The notes: generated by a model not told the origin, from the sequence alone. A stretch of 36,395 bases of DNA from Myxococcota bacterium (GCA_036149055.1 JAYZQJ010000144.1:1-36395); one strand, 5' to 3'; positions 1 to 9,126 are shown, numbered from the stretch's first letter. A program made the numbers and translations.

Positions 1-45
1 ACGGCGCCACTCGAGTCGTTCGATACCGCGGCAGCGGGCGGCCCC

Positions 46-200
46 CTCGCGCGCAGCGCGAGCGCGAGCCGCAGGGCCCCCAGCGCCCCGCGCTGGGGTC
101 GCGGGGCCAGCGCGCGCAGCGCGCGAGGCCCCGACGGAGTCGGGAGGGGGGCCCCATTGGCGCTTTGCCCAATGGGGGGAGGGTTTGCCCCAAACCCTCC
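46..200. repeat. Cluster of about six GC-rich hairpins (REP-like)
   Basis: CTCGCGC-GCA-GCGCGAG (46-62); CCCCAGCGC-CCC-GCGCTGGGG (78-98); GCGCGC-GCA-GCGCGC (110-124); CCCGAC-GGA-GTCGGG (130-144); CCCCATTGG..CCAATGGGG (152-177); GGAGGGTTTG-CCC-CAAACCCTCC (178-200). Confidence 0.6.
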
Positions 201-212
201 AAAAAACGCAGC

Positions 213-1238
213 TCAGAACGGAAGGATCCCCTGAGTCCACTGGGCGTCGATGCGGCCGTCGCGCACGATCACGCGGCCGTCCACGGAGACCGTGTGCTTG
301 CGGCCGTGGAAGGTGGACCAGACGCTCGCGCAGCGCGGCGCCTTCGTCTTCTTCGGGTCCGAGTAGCCGAGCATCAAGCGCAGGCCGGGCAGGAGCGCGT
401 CGTTGGCGAACACCTTCAGCTCGTTGCGGGTCAGGTAGTTCGTCGACATCGACACGAAGCCCACGTAGTCGGCGTCGGCGTCGTGCGCGAGGTGCGCCTT
501 CAGCTCCTCGACCAGCGCCGCGTCGTCGCTCTCGTAGCCGCGGAGCCGGCCGCCCGAGAGCGTCAGGCGGAGCGGGCGCCGGAAGAGCTCGGCGTTGGGC
601 CGCTCGACGTGCGTGCCGCTCACGATGCGATCGGCGACGAAGGTGCCGCTGACCGCTGGCGAGTGGAAGCTCACCGCGCCGGTCGGGACGCTGTCCCAGC
701 CGCCCTGTTCGGGCACGCCGCGGTACTGCACGATCGGGTAGCTGTGTCGGAGCTCGACCTCCAGGTCGGTCCCCTTGGGGCTCTTCACCGTCAGCAGGCG
801 GCCGGACTCGAGGTGCTCGGCGAGGCGCTCGTTGATGCGGGCGATCAGGGTCGGGTCCGCGCGCAGCGAGCCGCCGAGCATCCGGAGCGACGCGCCCGGC
901 ACGTGCAGGTGGCGCAGAGGCATGCCCTCGAGGCTCTGGATGAGGAGCTGGGCGCGCGGGAACATCGGCCCGCTCGAGGTGCTGACGTACATCGAGACGT
1001 CGGCGCCGGTGGCGCGCTGCTTCACGAGCTCGACGAACTCGCGCTCCGGCGACTCGCGGTGGCGCTCGAGCGGCACGTCGACCAGCTCGCCCCCGGCGTC
1101 GCGCAGGGCCTCGCGCAGCACCGGCAGGAGCGCGTCCGCGTCGACGTGGAAGAGGACGAGCCGCTCGCCCCTCTCGAGGCGGAGGTGATTCCCCACCAGG
1201 TTGTCGACCCCCTTGCGGGCCAGCTCGAGCTCGCTCAC
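213..1238 (-). CDS. M29 (aminopeptidase T / thermophilic metalloprotease)-like protein, metal ligands apparently degenerate
   Basis: M29-like segments 'LTVKSPKGTDLEV', 'VPTGAVS..PAVSGTFVAD', 'LRLTLSGGRL', 'TVSVDGRVIVRDG'. GTG start at 1238 chosen because the ORF extension overlaps the divergent lipoprotein gene and TATGCT lies 6 nt upstream. Confidence 0.7.
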   Translation of the reverse strand: MSELELARKGVDNLVGNHLRLERGERLVLFHVDADALLPVLREALRDAGGELVDVPLERHRESPEREFVELVKQRATGADVSMYVSTSSGPMFPRAQLLIQSLEGMPLRHLHVPGASLRMLGGSLRADPTLIARINERLAEHLESGRLLTVKSPKGTDLEVELRHSYPIVQYRGVPEQGGWDSVPTGAVSFHSPAVSGTFVADRIVSGTHVERPNAELFRRPLRLTLSGGRLRGYESDDAALVEELKAHLAHDADADYVGFVSMSTNYLTRNELKVFANDALLPGLRLMLGYSDPKKTKAPRCASVWSTFHGRKHTVSVDGRVIVRDGRIDAQWTQGILPF

Positions 1239-1289
1239 CCGTCGAGCATACACGGTGACGTCGGCGCCGCGGTCTGATACGTGGTCGAC

Positions 1290-1877
1290 ATGCGCTGGCT
1301 TCTCTGCATCGGGCTCCTGCTGACCGCCTGCGGCGACGGGGCCGGCTCCGGCTCGGCGGCCGCCGCCACCTGCGAGCGTCGCGACATGTGCGGCAACCTC
1401 GGGGAGCTCTCGGTCGACGAGTGCACCGCCATCGAGGAGGACTACCTCGCGACGCTCGGCGGACAGCGCGGCACCTGCGAGGCGGCCTGGGACGCCTGCC
1501 TCGAGGGCGAGGTGTGCGACGACTTCCGCGAGTGCCACGCGAACATCGGCCCCGAGACGTGCGGCTGCCCCGACGTGCGCGTCGCGATCCTCGATCCGGT
1601 GGACGGCCAGACGATCACGATGGAGGACGACGCCGACCCGTCCACCGGCGAGCTGCAGTACGACTTCGTGGTCGAGGCGAGCTGCCTCGCGGAGTTCGAG
1701 CAGGTGGAGCTCTTCCTGCTCGAGCCGGTCGAGTCGTCCTACGGCTTCGGCGCCCCCGACGCGCGCGGCCGCGCCACGATCCGCGTCCCGCTCATCCCGG
1801 GCTCGAACCGCTTCGTCGCCCGCGGCATGACCACCGACGTCAGCTCCGCCGAGGTCACCGTCACCGTGACCCCGTGA
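1290..1877 (+). CDS. Cys-rich lipoprotein with a C-terminal Ig-like beta domain
   Basis: Lipobox MRWLLCIGLLLTA-C; Cys-rich N-half; beta-rich C-half ending 'VTVTVTP'. Confidence 0.75.
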   Translation: MRWLLCIGLLLTACGDGAGSGSAAAATCERRDMCGNLGELSVDECTAIEEDYLATLGGQRGTCEAAWDACLEGEVCDDFRECHANIGPETCGCPDVRVAILDPVDGQTITMEDDADPSTGELQYDFVVEASCLAEFEQVELFLLEPVESSYGFGAPDARGRATIRVPLIPGSNRFVARGMTTDVSSAEVTVTVTP

Positions 1878-4800
1878 GCGGCGCCGCGTCGCCTCCCCAG
1901 CGGGCGAGGAGCGACGGCACCACGACCATGTTGAGCACGGTGGAGCTGGCGAGCCCGGTGAGGATCACCAGCGCCATCGGGGCCTGGATCTCGGTGCCCG
2001 GCTCGCCGAGCGCGAGGCCGAGCGGGAGCAGGCCGAGGGCGGCGGTCAGCGCGGTCATGGTGATCGGCGCGAGGCGCTCCAGGGCCGCGCGGCGCGCCGC
2101 CTCGTAGCGCTCGACGCCCTCGCCCTCGAGGTCGTGCATCCGGGTCGCGAGCAGGATCCCGTTGCGGGTCGCGATGCCGAAGAGGGTGATGAACCCGATC
2201 GTGGTCGCCACGCTCAGCGTGCCGCCCGAGAGCCAGACGCCGACCACGCCGCCGGTGAGGGCGAGGGGCAGGTTCGTCAGCACGATCGCGGTGCGCCGCC
2301 CGCTCCGGAGCGTCGCGCCGACCACCAGCACGATGCCGAGCAGCGCGACCAGGCCGAGCAGGAGCAGCCGCGCCTGCGCCCGCGCCTGCTCCTCCGCCCG
2401 GCCGGTCAGCTCCCAGGAGACGTCCCCGAGGTCCAGCGCACCGAGCGCCGCCCGGACCGACTCGGCCGCCGCGCCCACGTCCGCTCCGTCGGTGTTCGCG
2501 GTCACGAAGAGCCGGCGGCGCACGCCCTCGCGCATCACGTAGTTCGGGGCCGGCTCGACGCGCACGTCGGCGATCGCCTCGATCGGCACCGTCGCGCCCG
2601 ACGGAGTCGGCACCAGGGTGGAGCGCAGCGCGGCCGGATCCTCGCGGAGGCGATCGGAGAAGCGGACCATCACCTCGGTCGCGACGCCCTCCTCGAAGAT
2701 CGGCTCCGCGGTCTGGCCCCACAGCGCCAGGCCGACCACGCGGGCCGCCTCGCCGCGCGAGAGCCCGTAGCGGGCCGCGGCGTCCGCGTCGACGTCGACG
2801 GTCAGCTGCGGCACGTCGACCATCGGCTCCATCTCGACGTCGACCAGGCCGGGGAGCGCGCGCAGCGCCGACTCCACCCGCCGGCCGGCCGCGCGCAGCG
2901 CCCCGAGGTCGTCGTCGACCAGCTTCACCGCGAGCGCGGTGCGGTGCCCGGCGACCAGGTGATCGATGCGGTGCGAGATCGGCTGACCGAAGGTGAAGGT
3001 CGCGCCCGGCACCACCGAGACCCGGTGGCGGAGATCCTCGAGCAGCGCCTCGCGCGACCGCGGGTCGTCCGGATCGAGCTGCACCTCGAGCTCGTTCCGC
3101 TCCGGGCCCTGCACGTGCTCGTCGCGCTCCGCGCGGCCCACCCGCCGGGCCACCGAGGTGACCGCGGGATCCGCCATCAGCGCCTCCTCGGCGAGCCGCC
3201 CCAGCTGATCGCTCTCCGCGAGCGACGTGCCCGGCAGGGTCACCATGCCCACGTTGAGCGCGCCCTCCCGCAGCTCGGGCAGGAACGAGCGCCCGGCCAT
3301 CGTCAGCCCGACCACGCCCGCGGCCGCGAAGAGCGCCGCGCCGACGAGCAGGAGCCCCGGGCGACGCATCGAGGCGTCGAGCGCGGGGGTGAACGCGCGG
3401 AGCAGCCCGCGGACGAGCGGCGGCTCGCGCTCGTCGTGCCTCTTCAGCGGCAGGAGGTAGGACGCGAGCACCGGCGTGATGGTGATCGCGACCACCAGCG
3501 ACGCGCCGATCGCCACCAGGTAGGCCACCGCGAGCGGCGCGAGCAGCCGGCCCTCGAAGCCGCCGAGGAAGAGGATCGGCAGGAACACCAGGGCGAGCAC
3601 GAAGGTCGCGCTGACGATCGAGGTGCGGATCTCGCTCGACGCGCGGTAGACGGTCTCGAGGAGCGGTGGGCGCTCGGCCTCGGGGAGGGCGCCCCTCTCG
3701 CGCAGCCGCCGGGCGACGTTCTCGACGTCGACGATGGCGTCGTCGACCAGCTCGCCCACCGCGATGGCGAGCCCTCCGATCGTCATCACGTTGAGCCCGT
3801 AGCCGAGCGCGTCGAGCGCGAGCGTCGCGCCGAGCACCGAGAGCGGGATCGCGAGCACGCTGATGACGGTCGCGCCCGGGTGCCAGAGGAAGAAGACGAG
3901 GACCAGCGCCACCAGGATCGCGCCGTCACGGAGCACGGTCACCACGTTGTCGATCGAGGTCTCGATGAAGTCGACCTGACGGAAGAGGTCGCGGTGCACG
4001 GTGACCCCGCGGTGGCGCAGCGAGGGCTCGAGCCCGTCGAGCGCCTCGTCCACGCGCGCGGTGGTGGAGACGGTGTCGGCCGCCGGCTGCTTCACGACGC
4101 TCAGGATGATCGCGGGCCGGCCCTCGTAGCTCGCGTCGCCGCGACGCACGGCCGCGCCGAGGCGGACCTCGGCCACGTCGGCGACGGTGACCGGCACGCC
4201 GTCGCGCTCCGCCACCCGGATGCGCTCGAGGTCGTCCGCGCCGCGGGCTCGCCCGAGCACGCGCACGATCGACTCCTGCGGCCCCTCCACCACGTAGCCG
4301 CCCGGCGCGTTGGTGCTGCCGCGGCGCACCGCGTCGGCGACCTCGCCCGGCGTCATCGAGAAGCGCGCCAGCGCGGCCGGATCGAGGATCACCTGGTACT
4401 GCCGCTCCGCGCCGCCGATGACGACGACCCGCGAGATGCCGTCGACCGCGAGGAGGCGCCGCCGCACGTCGCGCTCGGCGATCCGGCGCAGCTCGAGCTC
4501 GCTCGCGGTGTCGCTCGTGAGGGCGACGAAGGCGATCTCTCCCATCACGCTCGACGACGGGGCCAGCAGCGGCGGCGTCGACTCCTCGGGCAGGGCGCCG
4601 GCGATCGACTGGAGCCGCTCGGTCACGCGCTGACGGGCGACGATCTCGTCGGTGTCCCAGTCGAAGTCGACGAAGACGATCGAGATGCCGGGGGCGGAGG
4701 CGGAGCGAACCGAGCGCGTCCCGGCCGCGCCGTTGACCGCGGTCTCGATCGGGAAGGTGATCAGCTGCTCGATCTCGACCGGCGCGAGCCCCGTGGCCTC

Positions 4801-4953
4801 GGTGACGATGACCACGCGCGGCGCGCTGACGTCGGGCAGCACGTCGACCGGCATCGCCTGCAGCTCGAAGACGCCGAACGCGGTCGTGACCGCCGCGACC
4901 GCGAGCACGATGACGCGGTGACGGAGCGAGAGGCGCAGGAGGAAGTCGACCAT
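1861..4953 (-). CDS. CusA/CzcA family heavy-metal efflux RND permease (~1030 aa)
   Basis: 'MPVDVLPDVSAPRV', 'EIEQLITFPIETAVNG', TM4 'GLAIAVGELVDDAIVDVEN', 'RLAPITMTALTAALGLLPL'. ATG at 4953 overlaps the upstream TGA. Confidence 0.95.
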   Translation of the reverse strand: MVDFLLRLSLRHRVIVLAVAAVTTAFGVFELQAMPVDVLPDVSAPRVVIVTEATGLAPVEIEQLITFPIETAVNGAAGTRSVRSASAPGISIVFVDFDWDTDEIVARQRVTERLQSIAGALPEESTPPLLAPSSSVMGEIAFVALTSDTASELELRRIAERDVRRRLLAVDGISRVVVIGGAERQYQVILDPAALARFSMTPGEVADAVRRGSTNAPGGYVVEGPQESIVRVLGRARGADDLERIRVAERDGVPVTVADVAEVRLGAAVRRGDASYEGRPAIILSVVKQPAADTVSTTARVDEALDGLEPSLRHRGVTVHRDLFRQVDFIETSIDNVVTVLRDGAILVALVLVFFLWHPGATVISVLAIPLSVLGATLALDALGYGLNVMTIGGLAIAVGELVDDAIVDVENVARRLRERGALPEAERPPLLETVYRASSEIRTSIVSATFVLALVFLPILFLGGFEGRLLAPLAVAYLVAIGASLVVAITITPVLASYLLPLKRHDEREPPLVRGLLRAFTPALDASMRRPGLLLVGAALFAAAGVVGLTMAGRSFLPELREGALNVGMVTLPGTSLAESDQLGRLAEEALMADPAVTSVARRVGRAERDEHVQGPERNELEVQLDPDDPRSREALLEDLRHRVSVVPGATFTFGQPISHRIDHLVAGHRTALAVKLVDDDLGALRAAGRRVESALRALPGLVDVEMEPMVDVPQLTVDVDADAAARYGLSRGEAARVVGLALWGQTAEPIFEEGVATEVMVRFSDRLREDPAALRSTLVPTPSGATVPIEAIADVRVEPAPNYVMREGVRRRLFVTANTDGADVGAAAESVRAALGALDLGDVSWELTGRAEEQARAQARLLLLGLVALLGIVLVVGATLRSGRRTAIVLTNLPLALTGGVVGVWLSGGTLSVATTIGFITLFGIATRNGILLATRMHDLEGEGVERYEAARRAALERLAPITMTALTAALGLLPLGLALGEPGTEIQAPMALVILTGLASSTVLNMVVVPSLLARWGGDAAPLTGSR

Positions 4954-6506
4954 CAGTGCACGTGCCCGTGAGGCGCCCCGCCCTCGGCGGCGCGGGACGC
5001 GAGGTGGACCAGGTAGGCGCCCACGGTGACCACCCGCTCGCCGGCCTCGAGGCCCTCGACCACCGCGCGGCCGCCGCCCCGGACCACCACCCGGACCGGG
5101 CGCTCCTCGAAGCGCTCGCCCTCGCGCTGGACGAAGACCACCGGGCGCCCGTCGACGTCGATGAGCGCGCGCTCGGGCACGGTGATCCCCTCGGCCTCGT
5201 CGCCGATCGGGATCGAGACCCGGATCGAGGCGCCGACCCGGAGCGCGTCCTCGGGCTCGCGCAGCGACCAGATCACGGCCACGGTCCGCGAGCGGGCGTC
5301 GACCGCGCTCGAGACGTTGACGATGTCGCCGTCGAGATCGCGCCAGCCCTCCTCGCCGAGGAGCTGGAAGCGCACGTGACCGCCAGGACGGATCCGGGCC
5401 GCCCAGCGCTCGGGGACCTCGGCCCGGAGCCACCGCTCGCCGGGCGCGAGCACGTGGAAGAGGAGCTCGTTCGCCTCGACCGCCTCGCCCGGGCTCACGC
5501 GCACGTCGTCGACCACGCCGGTGATGGGGGAGGTGATGCGCCAGCTGCCGCGACCCCGGCCGCGCTCGGCGGCGGCGTAGAGCGAGCGGGCCCGCCGCGC
5601 GGCGCCCAGCGAGGCCTCGGCCACCCGCACGCCCCGGCGCGCCTCCTCGAGGCGACGCTCGGGGATGGCGTCGTCGGCGCGCATCCGCTCGACCCGGGCC
5701 AGCTCGGCCCGCGCGTTCTCGAGGGCGGCCTCGGCGTCGACCACCGCGAGCTCGGCGCGCGTCGCGTCCTCGGGGGCGCCCGGCGTCGGCGCGAGGGTGG
5801 CGAGCTCCTGGTTCGCCTCGACCACCCGTCCCGGCGCGGGGAAGGCGCCGCGGCCGGCGGCGACGCGCCCCGCGACCGGCGCGTGCACGTGGGCGGCGCC
5901 GCCCGGCGGCGTGGTCAGCTCGCCGGGCGTCTCGACGGTGGGCGCGACGCTCCCCTGGGCCACCGCGGCGGTGCGGAAGGGCACGCGCCACTGCTGCTCC
6001 TTGAGCAGCGTGATCCCGCCCTCTTCGTCCTCGTCGTGCTCGTCGTCGTCGGGAGCAGCGGCGTGCACGATCACCTCGAAGCCGCCGACCGACAGCGCCG
6101 CGCCCACCACCTCGCCGCGCAGCACCTCGACGCGCCCGCGGTACGTGCCGGCCGAGGGCGCGTTGAGGCTGGGCTCGAAGATGCCCGGGCGTGCGTTGTC
6201 GACCTCGACGCTCACCGTCTCCGGCCCCTCCAGCACCAGTCGCACGCGCGCGTCGGACACCGCGCGGAAGTCCTCGAGGGTGGTCAGGTGGAGCAGGAAC
6301 GACGTCTCCTGGCCCGCGACCGGGGTGTCCCACTCGGCGAAGAGCTCGAGGGTGTCGCTCCACGCGGTCACGCTCTCGACGCCGCCGTGGTGGTGGTCGT
6401 GGTGGCCCTGCTCGTCCTCGTGGTCGTGCACGGTGTGCGGCTCGTCGTCGTGCGAGTGGCCGCAGCCGGTCGCGAGCGCCAGCAACATCCAGACGACGGC
6501 CCTCAT
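4953..6506 (-). CDS. RND periplasmic adaptor (MFP); lipoprotein with a His-rich N-terminus
   Basis: Lipobox LATG-C then 'GHSHDDEPHTVHDHEDEQGHHDHHH'; 'VHAPVAGRV', 'ITSPITGVV', 'VPERALI', 'GLEAGERVVTVGAY'; ends PHGHVH; ATGA overlap with tolC. Confidence 0.92.
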   Translation of the reverse strand: MRAVVWMLLALATGCGHSHDDEPHTVHDHEDEQGHHDHHHGGVESVTAWSDTLELFAEWDTPVAGQETSFLLHLTTLEDFRAVSDARVRLVLEGPETVSVEVDNARPGIFEPSLNAPSAGTYRGRVEVLRGEVVGAALSVGGFEVIVHAAAPDDDEHDEDEEGGITLLKEQQWRVPFRTAAVAQGSVAPTVETPGELTTPPGGAAHVHAPVAGRVAAGRGAFPAPGRVVEANQELATLAPTPGAPEDATRAELAVVDAEAALENARAELARVERMRADDAIPERRLEEARRGVRVAEASLGAARRARSLYAAAERGRGRGSWRITSPITGVVDDVRVSPGEAVEANELLFHVLAPGERWLRAEVPERWAARIRPGGHVRFQLLGEEGWRDLDGDIVNVSSAVDARSRTVAVIWSLREPEDALRVGASIRVSIPIGDEAEGITVPERALIDVDGRPVVFVQREGERFEERPVRVVVRGGGRAVVEGLEAGERVVTVGAYLVHLASRAAEGGAPHGHVH

Positions 6507-7726
6507 CGCGCGGCTCCGGCGGGGGCAGGCGTCTGGCGGGTGAGCGCGATCTCGGCGAGCCGCGCCGCGAGGGCGAGCGCGATCCGGCGCTCGGCGACGT
6601 CGGTGGCCGCGCGGCGGGCGTCGAGGAGCTCCACCACCGTGCGCTCGCCGCCTCGGTAGCCGCTCGTCGCCGCCCGCGCGAGGCGCTCGACCTGAGGCGC
6701 GGTCTCGGCCTCGAAGCGGGCGCGCTCGGCGAGGAGCGCCGTCAGCCTGGCGTGCGACATACCGATGAGCGAGTCGACCCGCGAGGTCGCCGTGTCGCGG
6801 AGCTCGGCGAGCGCCGCGCTCGCCTCGGCCGCCTGCCGCTCCGCCTGACCGTGGTCGAAGAGCGGGATCTCCGCGCTCGCGCCGAGGGCGTAGCCGTGGC
6901 CCACCACCGGGCCGTCTTGCCGGTTGTAGCCGCCCTCGATCGAGAGGCGCGGGATCCAGGCGTAGGCGGCGGAGGCGCGGGCGCGCTGCCCGGCCTCGTC
7001 GGCGCGGGCCAGGGCGCGGAGATCGGCGCGGGTCTCGGCCGCGCCCAGGAGCGCCGCGAGCGGCGGCGGCGGCGGCGGCGCGAGCTCGCCCTCGAGCGCG
7101 TCGGGCGGGTCGGCTCCGAAGAGCGCGGCCAGCCGGGCCCTCGCGGCGTCCGCCTCGACCCGGGCCTGCGCGGCCTGGCTGCGGGCCAGCTCGACCCCGA
7201 TCGAGAGCCGCGCCGTCTCGTAGCCCGACACCTCCCCGGCCGCGCGCCGGCTCTCCATCACCCGGAGCGCCTCGGCGAGCGCGTCGCGCTGCTCCTCGAA
7301 CACCGCGACCCGACGCTCGGCGGCGAGGGCCCGATGGAACGCGGCGCGCGCCGCGGCGACGGCGTCGAGGGCGACCGCCTCGGCCTCGGCCTCCGAGAGC
7401 CTCGCCTCCAGCTCCGCGAGCGCGCGCCGGGTCGCCGGCCGCCCCGAGAGCTCGAGCGGCACGACGAGGCGCACGATGTCCTGGGTCTGCGCGTTCGGCG
7501 CGAAGGCCTCCTGCCGCTCCCACTCGACCGAGGGGTTGGGGAGCAGGCCGGCGGTGCGGGCCTCCGCGTCGGCGCGGCGCGCCCGGACGGAGGCGGCGAG
7601 CACGTCGACGCTCCGCGCGCGGGCCAGCGCGGTCACGTCGCCTTCGGTCCAGGTCTGGGCCGAGGCCGGCGACGCGATCAGGAGGGTGATCCAGAAGATC
7701 CGATTCGGGGTCGGAGTTTTTCGCAT
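6503..7726 (-). CDS. TolC family outer-membrane efflux protein (CzcC-like)
   Basis: Signal peptide; 'LLPNPSV', 'IPRLSIEGGY', 'EIPLFDHGQ', 'YRGGERTVVELLDARR'; position in the RND operon. Confidence 0.92.
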   Translation of the reverse strand: MRKTPTPNRIFWITLLIASPASAQTWTEGDVTALARARSVDVLAASVRARRADAEARTAGLLPNPSVEWERQEAFAPNAQTQDIVRLVVPLELSGRPATRRALAELEARLSEAEAEAVALDAVAAARAAFHRALAAERRVAVFEEQRDALAEALRVMESRRAAGEVSGYETARLSIGVELARSQAAQARVEADAARARLAALFGADPPDALEGELAPPPPPPLAALLGAAETRADLRALARADEAGQRARASAAYAWIPRLSIEGGYNRQDGPVVGHGYALGASAEIPLFDHGQAERQAAEASAALAELRDTATSRVDSLIGMSHARLTALLAERARFEAETAPQVERLARAATSGYRGGERTVVELLDARRAATDVAERRIALALAARLAEIALTRQTPAPAGAAR

Positions 7727-7759
7727 GGGCGTGCCGGGGGCGGAGATCGTCGTGGCGCC

Positions 7760-8704
7760 TCAGGCGCCCAGGAGGTGGAGGGAGACCTCCACGCCGTGAT
7801 GGATGGAGGTGGTGAGCGCGCCGGTGAGCGCGGCGGTGACCAGGGAGAGCCCCGCGACGTGGGCGCGGGTCGGGCCGGTCAGGTAGGCCGGGGCGTCGAG
7901 CAGGACGCGGACCCGGTGATCGAGGTCGCCCTCGTCGAAGCGCGCCGCGAGGCCGTCGGTCGCGGGCGTGCCCTGGGCCGCGCGGGCCCAGGCGACGATC
8001 TGGCGGGCCACCTCCAGCCGATCCCCGAGGTCGTCCGCCGCGGCCTCGTCGGCGGCGAGCTCCTGCGCGGCGACGAGCCGCCGATCGAGGAGCGCGCCCA
8101 CGAGCGGCGCGTGCAGGGCGGCGCCGACCCGCACGACGAGGCGGATCAGCGGGTCACGGTGGATCGCGTGATCTCGCTCGTGGGCCATGACCGCGCGCCA
8201 CTCCGGCCGGGCCGCGGTCGACCGGGAGACGAAGATGCGCGGGCGGAGGAAGCCGGCGGTGAAGGCGAGGGGCGCGTCGAGCGGGAGCACGATGACGTCG
8301 CCCACCCGCTCCCCGCCGCCGAGCCGCCGCACGAGGCGCCCCGCGCGCACGCCGCGCAGGAGCTCGGGGGCCACCCGCCAGGCCGCGCGCAGACAGAAGA
8401 GCAGCGCGAACGCGGTCAGCCCGAGCGGCGGCGCGGGCATCCCGCAGCGCAAGCAGAGGTGCAGGTGCCCTCCGTCGATCAGGCAGTGATCGGGCAGGCC
8501 CAGCCAGGGGTGCGGGACGAAGACGGCGAGGGCGACCACGAGCCCGCCCAGCGCCGGGAGCACGGCGGCGACGGTCAGCACCCGGGCGCGGGGCCGCGGG
8601 TGGAGCCGGTCGAGGGGCGCGAGGCGCACCGCGGCGTGGATCGCGAGCGACAGGAGCACGCAGCTCCCGCCGAACACGCCGACGATCCACACCAGCTCGC
8701 TCAT
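7760..8704 (-). CDS. M56 (BlaR1/MecR1-type) membrane zinc metallopeptidase without a penicillin-binding domain
   Basis: 'AFTAGFLRPRIFVS', HExxH 'AHERDH..HRDPL', 'ELAADEAA'; several TM segments; ATGA overlap with the blaI-like gene. Confidence 0.88.
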   Translation of the reverse strand: MSELVWIVGVFGGSCVLLSLAIHAAVRLAPLDRLHPRPRARVLTVAAVLPALGGLVVALAVFVPHPWLGLPDHCLIDGGHLHLCLRCGMPAPPLGLTAFALLFCLRAAWRVAPELLRGVRAGRLVRRLGGGERVGDVIVLPLDAPLAFTAGFLRPRIFVSRSTAARPEWRAVMAHERDHAIHRDPLIRLVVRVGAALHAPLVGALLDRRLVAAQELAADEAAADDLGDRLEVARQIVAWARAAQGTPATDGLAARFDEGDLDHRVRVLLDAPAYLTGPTRAHVAGLSLVTAALTGALTTSIHHGVEVSLHLLGA

Positions 8705-9078
8705 GCGTCGCCCTTGCGGCGCCGGAGCGCCTCTTCGAGCCGGTCGAGGGTGGACGCGTCCGCCTCGGCGACGGCGTCGAGGAAGGCCGCGAGCAGCCCG
8801 GTGTCCGCGAGCGCCGAGGCCCCGCCGGCCGCCTCGACCATGCGCCGCGCGTGGAAGCTCTCCCGGTCGAGGGTCGCCCGGTAGCGGAAGGCGTGGCTGA
8901 CCTTCCAGCGCTCGACCAGCCCCTTGCGGTGCAGCCGCTCGAGGGCCGAGCCGACCGTGTTCAGCGTGATGTCCCGCGGCTTGCCGACCGCCGCGTGGGC
9001 CTCGGCCACGTCCGACTCGGACTCCACCCAGAGGTGCTCCAGCACCGCCAGCTCCAGCTCACCGAGCACGGGCAACAT
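8701..9078 (-). CDS. BlaI/MecI/CopY family transcriptional repressor
   Basis: 'LGELELAVLEHLW', 'TLNTVGSALERLHRKGLVER.KVSHAFRY'. Confidence 0.92.
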   Translation of the reverse strand: MLPVLGELELAVLEHLWVESESDVAEAHAAVGKPRDITLNTVGSALERLHRKGLVERWKVSHAFRYRATLDRESFHARRMVEAAGGASALADTGLLAAFLDAVAEADASTLDRLEEALRRRKGDA

Positions 9079-9085
9079 GCCCAGG

Positions 9086-9120
9086 ATCGTGCGCGCGAAT
9101 CTCCGATTGTCAATCGGAGA
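9086..9120 (-). promoter_or_regulatory. sigma70-type promoter overlapped by a perfect palindromic operator
   Basis: TCTCCGATTG-T-CAATCGGAGA (9100-9120) contains TTGACA (minus, 9113-9108); 16-nt spacer; CACGAT (9091-9086) 7 nt before the ATG. Confidence 0.75.
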
Positions 9121-9126
9121 CTCGCC

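Noticed and set aside
178..206. Intrinsic terminator for the M29-like gene
   Set aside because: On the minus strand the T-run precedes the stem rather than following it
2134..4971. 945-aa plus-strand ORF (and similar ones at 8851-12123, 14609-18994, 20705-23527, 28363-31182)
   Set aside because: Antisense shadows of well-supported genes, expected in very GC-rich DNA; no family motifs
4954..6363. 470-aa N-terminal extension of the 1500-aa RND ORF
   Set aside because: Arg/Gly/Pro-rich off-frame read through the adaptor gene; the real start MVDFLL at 4953 is coupled to the upstream stop
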